Assembly (NCBI GenBank): GCA_948444845.1
Contig: CAOJVB010000003.1
Coordinates: 12,723 to 76,722 of the forward strand
Length of the DNA: 64,000 nt
From: an uncultured Clostridiaceae bacterium
GTDB taxonomy: Bacteria > Bacillota > Clostridia > TANB77 > CAG-508
Direction: 5' to 3'
Position 1 is the first letter of the stretch; the number at the start of each line of letters is the position of its first letter. The notes below the pieces were generated by a model, which made no database searches, had not been told where the DNA came from, and saw only the letters and a list, made by a program, of their open reading frames with translations. Positions 17,779 to 25,129 of this stretch are shown here, in pieces. The position numbers and the translations under genes were made by a program.

Positions 17779-19449
17779 ATGAGAAAAGTATTAACAAAGG
17801 AAAAAAAAGTAAAAATAAGTATATTAATAGTAATAATACTAATTAGTATTTTATTTATATATTCATTATATAAAGTAAATATATTTCAAATACTAACAAA
17901 AGGAATAAATCAAGCAAAAAGGGAAGAAATACCAATAGAAACAAAAGCACAGTATCAAATAATGAAAGCAAATGGAGAAGACTACGAAATAGTAATAACA
18001 ATAGAAAACCAAAATGGAATAGAAAAAATAATAGGTGAAGATTTAAGCATACAAGGTAAAGGAAAAAATAAAATAGCAATAGATAAAAAAATGAAAGAGG
18101 GAGAAGAATACAAAATAAAAATAAAAGCAGTAGGAGAAGAAGAAGAAGAATATGTATTAATAGCAACATCTAAACCAATTATAACAATAACAAATATGGA
18201 CACAACAGGTGATGGAACGACAAAAACAGTAGAAATAGAGTATCCAAACAATGAAAAGTTAAAAAATTATTACAGTTTAGATGATGGAATAACATGGCAA
18301 GAATATAGTGGAGAAATAAATGCACTAGAAGTAGAAAATAGAACAATAAATGCAAAAGTAGAAGTAAAAGAAGGAAAAACAATACAAAAAACAGGAGTAG
18401 AAGCAGTAATAGTAAGTGATAGTTTATTGTCAGCAGCAGAAAAAGCAGTTATAGGAAATAATAGATATTATAGAATAGCAATAAAAGATGAAGTATACCC
18501 AGTACACACATATGTAGAAAATGGTGACACAACATATACAGCTAATAAAAGTTATGGAGATGCTAACGATGTTGGTACAGCAAGTGCAAATGCTAAAAAT
18601 ATGGTATTAGTAAAAGTAAATGGAGACCTAACAATAAATAGTGGAGTAACAGTAACATCATATGGAACAAGTTATGGAGGAACAAAGGGAATGCTACTAT
18701 ATGTAACAGGAAACTTAGAAAACAGAGGAACAATAACAATGACAGCAAGAGGAGCAAAAGCAGAAGGTCAAAATGTATACTTATGGAAAAACGCAGATGC
18801 TTCTCAAAGAGGAGAGTACGAATTTGTACCTAAAGTAGGTGCCTCTGGAGGACTGGAGAAGAGTTATGGATTTTTTCCTGACGTAACGTTAATTGGAAAC
18901 CCAGGAGAAAATGGAACTTCTAGAAAAACAGGAGGAGGCTCCTCAGGAAGTATTCGAATGAGGACCACCACTTCAGTGTCAGGAAGAGGAGGAAATGGAA
19001 CATCTTACTCTGGAGGAACTGGTAGTGGAGGGGCATATCATGGAACAACTCAGAACGGTAGTGACAATGGAGGAGCAGGAGGAAACTCTATAAATCCCAA
19101 ATCATGGGGAGGAGGGGGCGCAGGAAACCCAGGAGGGACTGGGGGTTCGATTGCTCCAGCTAGTTGTGGAACAGGTGGGCTGTTAATATTATATGGTAAT
19201 TCAATAGAAAACAAAGGAACAATATCTTCAAATGGAACAAATGGGGGTATCGACAGCAACGCACCTGGAGGCTCATCTGGAGGAGGAAGTATAAATATAT
19301 TTTATAATGAAGGTATAACAAAAGGAACAATTTTAGCAACAGGAGGTAAGGTTGCAAGTCAACCTTATGTTCCTGTAGGAGGAGCGGCAGGAGGAAATGG
19401 CTGTATATCAGTAGGAACTATAATAGAAGGAACATATTCAGCAAAATAA
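17779..19449 (+). CDS. membrane-anchored glycine-rich surface protein, paralog 1 (556 aa)
   Basis: SD AGAGAGG. N-terminal TM. Conserved ectodomain, then about 200 aa of Gly-rich C-terminal module with islands SGRGGNGTSYSGG, GSDNGGAGGN, GTGGLLILYGN, GGSSGGGSINIFYNE. Has its own upstream promoter-like region. Confidence 0.8.
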   Translation: MRKVLTKEKKVKISILIVIILISILFIYSLYKVNIFQILTKGINQAKREEIPIETKAQYQIMKANGEDYEIVITIENQNGIEKIIGEDLSIQGKGKNKIAIDKKMKEGEEYKIKIKAVGEEEEEYVLIATSKPIITITNMDTTGDGTTKTVEIEYPNNEKLKNYYSLDDGITWQEYSGEINALEVENRTINAKVEVKEGKTIQKTGVEAVIVSDSLLSAAEKAVIGNNRYYRIAIKDEVYPVHTYVENGDTTYTANKSYGDANDVGTASANAKNMVLVKVNGDLTINSGVTVTSYGTSYGGTKGMLLYVTGNLENRGTITMTARGAKAEGQNVYLWKNADASQRGEYEFVPKVGASGGLEKSYGFFPDVTLIGNPGENGTSRKTGGGSSGSIRMRTTTSVSGRGGNGTSYSGGTGSGGAYHGTTQNGSDNGGAGGNSINPKSWGGGGAGNPGGTGGSIAPASCGTGGLLILYGNSIENKGTISSNGTNGGIDSNAPGGSSGGGSINIFYNEGITKGTILATGGKVASQPYVPVGGAAGGNGCISVGTIIEGTYSAK

Positions 19450-19504
19450 TAAAATAAAAAGGGGATATTTTAACGTAAAAATGTTGAAATGTCCTCCTTC
19501 TTTT

Positions 19505-19605
19505 ATATAATAAGAAAGTACGCTATTTTAAGTTAAGATAATGTAGGGGCGTATCCTCTAAGTCTGGCCATGTGGTAAAGTCACTTTTGTTCTATAATAT
19601 AGAAT
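19505..19605 (+). repeat. T-element, one full unit
   Basis: TATAATAAGAAAGTACGCTATTTTAAGTTAAGATAATGTAGGGGCGTATCCTCTAAGTCTGGCCATGTGGTAAAGTCACTTTTGTTCTATAATATAG. Confidence 0.8.
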
Positions 19606-19681
19606 AAAAAAATATATAAAAATTGTATGAAAATGAAAAAAACGTCTATAATAAAAATAAAAAAGAAAGGAATGATTATAT

Positions 19682-19870
19682 ATGGCAAACCTAACACAAG
19701 TAGAATTACAAAACTTACGACATTTAATAGGAGCTCATGAAACATCATATCAAAAATTAAACACGTACGCATCACAAGCAGTAGATCCACAAATAAAGCA
19801 AATGTTTACAAAATCAGCACAAGAAGCACTAAACACAAAACAAAAATTAATGTCATTTTTAAATAATTAA
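19682..19870 (+). CDS. CotF-like small spore coat protein (62 aa)
   Basis: MANLTQVELQNLRHLIGAHETSYQKLNTYASQAVDPQIKQMF matches the Coat_F pattern (LT..E...L.......KY..YA.Q..DPQLKQ.F) as I recall it. SD AAAGGAA upstream. Confidence 0.6.
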   Translation: MANLTQVELQNLRHLIGAHETSYQKLNTYASQAVDPQIKQMFTKSAQEALNTKQKLMSFLNN

Positions 19871-19999
19871 GGTGCAATATAGAATTAGGATACTTACTTT
19901 TGTGAAGTTTATTCTTTCCTAGTTGTATTATTTGAAAGAATAAGTAATTCAAAAGGAAATGTTTCTAATATGTAAAAAATGGAAAAAGGAGAGATTATT

Positions 20000-20243
20000 A
20001 TGGATGAAAAAACAATGGTAAACGATATTTTAAGTAATGTAAAGGCAAGTCTTACAACATACCAAATGGCTATTTCAGAATCAGAAAATATACGGTTTAA
20101 GGCAAACAATACAACAAATAAGAAATAATGATGAGAGTTTTCAATATGAATTATTTAAAGTAGCTCAAGCTAAAGGATATTATAAGCCAGCTTCACCAGC
20201 TACTGTAACAGAAATACAAACTGTAAAAAATGAATTACAGTAA
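20000..20243 (+). pseudogene. CotF-like spore coat protein, frameshifted
   Basis: ATG 20000 after AAAGGAGAG gives MDEKTMVNDILSNVKASLTTYQMAISESEN.. and stops at 20126-20128. The +1 frame continues ..YGLRQTIQQIRNNDESFQYELFKVAQAKGYYKPASPA.. to TAA 20241-20243. A 1-nt indel lies at or near the A-run 20085-20088. Confidence 0.6.
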
Positions 20244-20495
20244 ACTTTATAAAATGAAATTATCTACACTAAAATATAATGTGTAGATAATTTTATTTCA
20301 CAATTATTGCTATTAAAAAAATAAAAAAGTGATAAATATTATGAAAATAAATATATATAAATTAATTTATAATATTGACATAGAAAAAATAATAGTATAA
20401 ACTTAATGACATAAAAATGAAAAATACAAACATAATAAAAATAAACGAAGCCAATAAAAAAATAATAAATAATATATTTAAAAGAGAGGTTTAGT

Positions 20496-22199
20496 ATGAG
20501 AAAAGTATTAACAAAGGAAAAAATATTAAAAATAAGTATATTAATAGGAACAATACTAGTTGGTATTTTATTTATATACTCATTATATAAAGTAAATATA
20601 TTTCAAATACTAAGAAATGGAATAAATGAAGCAAAAAGGGAAGAAATACAAATACAAACAAAAGCACAATATCAAATAATGAAAGCAAATGGAGAAGACT
20701 ATGAAATAGTAATAACAATAGAAAATCAAAATGGAATAGAAAAAATAGTGAGTGAAGACTTAAGCATAGAAGGAAAAGGAAAAAATAAAATAGCAATAGA
20801 TAAAAAGATGAGAGAAGGAGAAGAGTATAGACTAAATATAAAAGCAGTAGGAGAAGAAGAGGAAGAATATGTATTAATAGCAACATCACAAATACCAGTT
20901 ATAACAATAACAAATATGGATGTAACAGGAGATGGAACAACAAAAGGAGTGAAAATAGAATATCCAAATAATGAAAAGTTTAATAATTATTATAGTTTAG
21001 ATGATGGAATAACATGGCAAGAATATAGTGAAGAAATAACCGCATTAGAAATAGAAAATAAAACAATAAATGCAAAAGTAGAAGTAAAGGAAGCAAAAAC
21101 AATACAAAATGTAGCAGAAGTACAAGCAATAATAGTAAGTGATAGTTTATTATCAGCAGCACAAAAAGCAGTAATAGGAAATAATAGACATTACCGAATA
21201 GCAATAAAAGATGAAGTATATCCAGTGCACACATATGTAGAAAATGGAGACACAACATATACAACAAATAAAACTTATGGAGATGCAAACGATGCTGGCA
21301 CAGCAAGTGCAAATGCTAAAAATATGGTATTGGTAAAAGTAAATGGAGACCTAACTGTAAACAGTGGAGTAACAGTAACATCATATGGAACAAGTTATGG
21401 AGGAACAAAAGGAATGTTACTATATGTAACAGGAACCTTAGAAAACAGGGGAACAATAACAATGACGGCAAGAGGAGCAAAAGCAGAAGGTCAAAATGTA
21501 TACCTATGGAAAAATGCGGATGCTTCCCAAAGAGGAGAATATGAATTTGTACCTAAAATAGGTGCATTAGGAGGTACATCGGTAAGTTTGAGCTCAAGCT
21601 ATAGAACTGGAAGAGCTGGAGCAACAGGAGGAAATGGAACATCTAGAAAAACAGGAGGAGGAGCATCAGGAGCAGTTTATTGTGATTTTACATCAAGTAC
21701 AGCAACATCAGGAAGAGGAGGAAATGGAACATCCTATTCTGGAGGATCAGGTGGCGGAGGAGCAAGAAATGGCACAAATGCTCAACAAGGAAGTGACAAT
21801 GGAGGAGCAGGAGGAAATGGAGCACGACCATCTAACTATGGCTCAGGAGCAGGAGGAGGAGCAGGAAACCCAGGAGGAGGTTCATCAGGTGGACAAAGTA
21901 ACTCGGGAGGAAATGGAACAGGCGGACTATTAATACTATATGGTAATACAATTCAAAACAGAGGAACAATATCTTCAAATGGTGCAGTAGGAGGTTCAGC
22001 ATATTATGCAGGAGGAGGTTCATCAGGAGGAGGAAGTATAAATATATTTTATAATGAAGCTATAACAAGAGGCACAATTTCCGCAGCAGGAGGAAGTGTA
22101 AGTGGAGTTATAGGATATGAGGGATATAGAGGTGGCGCAGGAGGAAGTGGCTCTATATCAATAGGAAATATAGTAGAAGGAACATATTCACCAAAGTAA
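20496..22199 (+). CDS. membrane-anchored glycine-rich surface protein, paralog 2 (567 aa)
   Basis: Same architecture as paralog 1. By eye the first ~350 aa are about nine-tenths identical to paralog 1. The Gly-rich module differs by many indels. Confidence 0.8.
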   Translation: MRKVLTKEKILKISILIGTILVGILFIYSLYKVNIFQILRNGINEAKREEIQIQTKAQYQIMKANGEDYEIVITIENQNGIEKIVSEDLSIEGKGKNKIAIDKKMREGEEYRLNIKAVGEEEEEYVLIATSQIPVITITNMDVTGDGTTKGVKIEYPNNEKFNNYYSLDDGITWQEYSEEITALEIENKTINAKVEVKEAKTIQNVAEVQAIIVSDSLLSAAQKAVIGNNRHYRIAIKDEVYPVHTYVENGDTTYTTNKTYGDANDAGTASANAKNMVLVKVNGDLTVNSGVTVTSYGTSYGGTKGMLLYVTGTLENRGTITMTARGAKAEGQNVYLWKNADASQRGEYEFVPKIGALGGTSVSLSSSYRTGRAGATGGNGTSRKTGGGASGAVYCDFTSSTATSGRGGNGTSYSGGSGGGGARNGTNAQQGSDNGGAGGNGARPSNYGSGAGGGAGNPGGGSSGGQSNSGGNGTGGLLILYGNTIQNRGTISSNGAVGGSAYYAGGGSSGGGSINIFYNEAITRGTISAAGGSVSGVIGYEGYRGGAGGSGSISIGNIVEGTYSPK

Positions 22200-22310
22200 T
22201 AAACAAAATAAATGTTATAGATTATAAAAATATATGATAAATAATATTATATTGAGTACTTTAAAAAAAGATATATAAGTAAAAAAATTAAGTAAATATT
22301 ACAAAGTGAA

Positions 22311-22347
22311 AATAGTGGAATAGTTAAATATTCCATTATTTTTTTGT
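22311..22347 (+). terminator. intrinsic terminator after glycine-rich paralog 2
   Basis: AATAGTGGAAT-agttaaat-ATTCCATTATT-TTTTTT, with one G-U pair. Confidence 0.75.
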
Positions 22348-22541
22348 TATTATTAAAAAATCAATTTTGGATTAATAGAAAAGTAGTACTTGTTTGCATG
22401 AAAAAGTTACTTTTGAATTAATAATGAAAATATAAAAAATAAAAAATTAAAATTTAATAAATTATATTGATAAATGTAAATAAATAAACAATTAAGGGTA
22501 TAATAGTTAAAGAAGTATAAAAAAGATTTTTAATAAATTTA

Positions 22542-22570
22542 TTGACAGAAAAATAAATTAGTGATAAAAG
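22542..22570 (+). promoter_or_regulatory. sigma-A-like promoter for glycine-rich paralog 3
   Basis: TTGACA, a 17-nt spacer ending in TGA (extended -10), then TAAAAG. Paralogs 1 and 2 have TAGACA/TTGACA boxes at equivalent positions (about 17656 and 20375). Confidence 0.45.
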
Positions 22571-22601
22571 TAAATAAAAAAACAAAAGAGAGGAAAAAGA
22601 A

Positions 22602-24500
22602 ATGGAAAGAAAAATACAAAAAAATAAACTACTAAGAATGGCTATAATATTAATAATAATAGTATTAATTTTTATTATAGGTGCTATTACTATGAAAAAA
22701 GCAGGTATTATACAAATGTCTGAGAACAAAATACAAGAATTAAGAAAAGCAGAAATAGAAACAGACATACAAAACATAATAGATACGACAAAACAAGAAA
22801 TTATGGAAACCCAAGGGAGAGAAGCAACATTAACAGATTTAAAAGAAAAGCTTAGGGAACAAGGATATGACTTAAATGAAACAACTGGAGAAGTAAAATA
22901 TAATGAACATTATGTAAAAATAAATAGTGACCTAACCATAGCAAGTATAGAAGAAATAATAACAAAAGCAGAATGTAAAATAGCAAATGTAAATGGGGAT
23001 GAACTAGAAACAGTAATAACCATAGAAAACAGATATGGAATAGAAAAAATAATAACACCAGATGTAACTATAGAAGGTAATGGTAGAGAAAAGGTGGCTT
23101 TAGATAGAAAACTAGCAAATGGGGGAATGTATGAAATAAAAGTAAAACCCGTAGGAAAAGATATAGAAGAGCAGTACACAATATTAGCAGAAAAAGTACC
23201 TAATATAGTAGTAACAAACAAAGACACTACAGGTGATGGTAGCACAAAAACAGTAGAAATACAATATCCATTAACTGATAACGTTATAAATTATTATAGT
23301 TTAGATGATGGAGCAACATGGCAGGAGTATACAGGAGGTTTAAATGTATTAGAAGAAGATAATAAAACAATAGCAGCAAAAACAGAAGCAAAAGAAGAAA
23401 AAGTAAAGGGGAAACTTATAGTAGGAAAAACAGGAGAAGAAATAGCATTAGTAGTAAGCAAAAGTTTACTAACGGCAACAGAAAAAGCAATAATGAAAGA
23501 TAATACACATTATAGAATAGCAATAAAAGATGAAGAATATAGAGTGCATACATATGTGCAAAATGAAGACTTAGTATTAGAACAAAATAAAGCATATGGA
23601 GATGGGGCAGATGTAGGAACAGCAAGTGAAAATGCAAATAGTATGGTAATAGTAAAAGTAAATGGAAACTTAACAATAAACAGTGGAGTGACACTAACAT
23701 CATATGGAACAACATATGGAGGACCAAAAGGAATGTTATTATATGTAACAGGAAAACTACAAAATAATGGAACAGTAACAATGACAGCAAGAGGAGCAAA
23801 AGCACCAGGTCAAAACGTATACTTATGGAAAAATGAAAATAATACCTATGAATATATTCCAAGCGTTGGAGGTTCAGGCGCAGCTGGAAGCCAAGGTGTA
23901 ACGTATGACAACGGGCGTACAGGAGGGACAGCAGCAGCAGCTTCTAACAGAAGAACAGCTGGAGGAGGCGGAGGCGGAGGCCAAGGCAATTACAACAACG
24001 GTACTTTGGATGGACGAGGAGGAAATGGAAGTGCTGGAACGTCATATTCAGGTGGAAGCGGCGGAGGCGGAGGCTCTTATAGCATAGCCTCAAATGCAGC
24101 TGGAAATGGAGGAGCAGGAGGAAATGCAAAAGTCAATAGACCAAGTGGAGGCTATTCAGTAGGTGCAGGAGGCGGTGCAGGAAATCCGGGAGGAGCACAA
24201 GCAAGCCTAAAAGGAAGTGCACAAGCTGGTTCAAATGGAACAGGAGGATTATTAATAATATATGCCGACACCTTCGAAAATAATTCAACAATATCAGCAA
24301 ATGGAAGTGCTGGAGGTTCAGCTTATAGAGCAGGAGGAGGAGGCTCAGGAGGAGGCTCAGTAAATATATTCTGCAAAACTAATAATAAAACAGGAACAAT
24401 AACTGCTACAGGAGGAGCAGGAGGAATAGGAACAAGAGGTGGACAATCAGCAAATGGAGGTGCTGGTGGAACAGGCTCAGTAACAATAGGAAATATATAA
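22602..24500 (+). CDS. membrane-anchored glycine-rich surface protein, paralog 3 (632 aa, more divergent, extra N-terminal segment)
   Basis: Shares the blocks ..VITIENRYGIEKI.., TNKDTTGDGSTKTVEIQYP, YYSLDDGATWQEY, HYRIAIKDEEYRVHTYV, VKVNGNLTINSGVTLTSYGTTYGGPKGMLLYVTG, GTGGLLIIY and GGGSGGGSVNIF. Confidence 0.8.
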   Translation: MERKIQKNKLLRMAIILIIIVLIFIIGAITMKKAGIIQMSENKIQELRKAEIETDIQNIIDTTKQEIMETQGREATLTDLKEKLREQGYDLNETTGEVKYNEHYVKINSDLTIASIEEIITKAECKIANVNGDELETVITIENRYGIEKIITPDVTIEGNGREKVALDRKLANGGMYEIKVKPVGKDIEEQYTILAEKVPNIVVTNKDTTGDGSTKTVEIQYPLTDNVINYYSLDDGATWQEYTGGLNVLEEDNKTIAAKTEAKEEKVKGKLIVGKTGEEIALVVSKSLLTATEKAIMKDNTHYRIAIKDEEYRVHTYVQNEDLVLEQNKAYGDGADVGTASENANSMVIVKVNGNLTINSGVTLTSYGTTYGGPKGMLLYVTGKLQNNGTVTMTARGAKAPGQNVYLWKNENNTYEYIPSVGGSGAAGSQGVTYDNGRTGGTAAAASNRRTAGGGGGGGQGNYNNGTLDGRGGNGSAGTSYSGGSGGGGGSYSIASNAAGNGGAGGNAKVNRPSGGYSVGAGGGAGNPGGAQASLKGSAQAGSNGTGGLLIIYADTFENNSTISANGSAGGSAYRAGGGGSGGGSVNIFCKTNNKTGTITATGGAGGIGTRGGQSANGGAGGTGSVTIGNI

Positions 24501-24524
24501 ACTATAATATATACTAAATATATT

Positions 24525-24562
24525 AAATAGTGGGATAATTAGACATTCCACTATTTTTTTTA
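24525..24562 (+). terminator. intrinsic terminator after glycine-rich paralog 3
   Basis: AAATAGTGGG-ataattagacat-TCCACTATTT-TTTTT. The stem sequence is related to the paralog 2 terminator. Confidence 0.7.
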
Positions 24563-24830
24563 TTATAGAAAAGTACGATAGTTTAACTTAAAATTGTAGG
24601 GGGCGGCTATTAGCTCATCCGCGTGGCGAAGGCACTTTTATTCTAGTATAGTAAGAATTTATATTTTCTTTAAGCAAATTCGCTGGAGCGTGGACAGCGG
24701 CGGCACTTTCTCTACATCTATTTATTTTAAACTATTATCCCTTTAGTTAACAGAAGTGATTCAGAAGTAGGGTAGCCTTTGTGGAAATACCTCGTAGGAT
24801 AAGCCACCACTGTGCCTGTTATTCTATGGC
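24563..24830 (+). repeat. T-element array (three units of different subtypes)
   Basis: Unit 1 is ..AAAGTACGATAGTTTAACTTAAAATTGTAGGGGGCGGCTATTAGCTCATCCGCGTGGCGAAGGCACTTTTATTCTAGTATAG. Unit 2 is the degenerate ..GGAGCGTGGACAGCGGCGGCACTTTCTCTACA. Unit 3 is subtype B, AGTAGGGTAGCCTTTGTGGAAATACCTCGTAGGATAAGCCACCACTGTGCCTGTTATTCTATGG. Confidence 0.75.
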
Positions 24831-25060
24831 AAATATTTAAATAACAGAAAAATAAATTATAACTAATTTAAACCAACTTTTGCTATTTAATACACACGAA
24901 ACTATGCTATTCCCTAGCAAAAGTCGAAAAAGGACATTTTTTGTAAAATAATTATAATACAAATATAAAAAAAGAAAAAATAGATAAAAAAAGCCTTATT
25001 TCCGTATAAAAAAGTAAAAGTAAGTGTTTGTAATAATTACAGAATTGGCAATTTCTTTAA

Positions 25061-25089
25061 TTGACTTTAAATCAAAAATTTTTTATAGT
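25061..25089 (+). promoter_or_regulatory. sigma-A-like promoter for the giant adhesin gene
   Basis: TTGACT (25061-25066), a 17-nt spacer, then TATAGT (25084-25089), about 40 nt upstream of ATG 25130. Confidence 0.5.
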
Positions 25090-25129
25090 AGAGTTACATG
25101 AAAAAACAATAAAAGGAGAGGTAAAGAAA

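Noticed and set aside
18853-19446. Collagen-like (BclA-type) triple-helix repeat in the Gly-rich C-termini.
   Set aside because: Glycines are not spaced every third residue. There is no G-X-Y periodicity, and hydrophobic strand-like islands (LLILYGN, INIFYNE) interrupt the Gly runs.
21634-21933. Same-strand alternative-frame ORFs rich in Glu/Gln/Met (21634..21933 and 23905..24087).
   Set aside because: They are simply the +1 reading of GGA/GGN glycine-codon runs inside the Gly-rich paralogs (GGAGGAGG read as GAG GAG). They have no independent start signals.
17779-24500. Diversity-generating retroelement acting on the variable Gly-rich modules.
   Set aside because: I found no reverse transcriptase ORF, no template/variable repeat pair with adenine-specific differences, and no accessory variability determinant. 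The differences are mostly indels.
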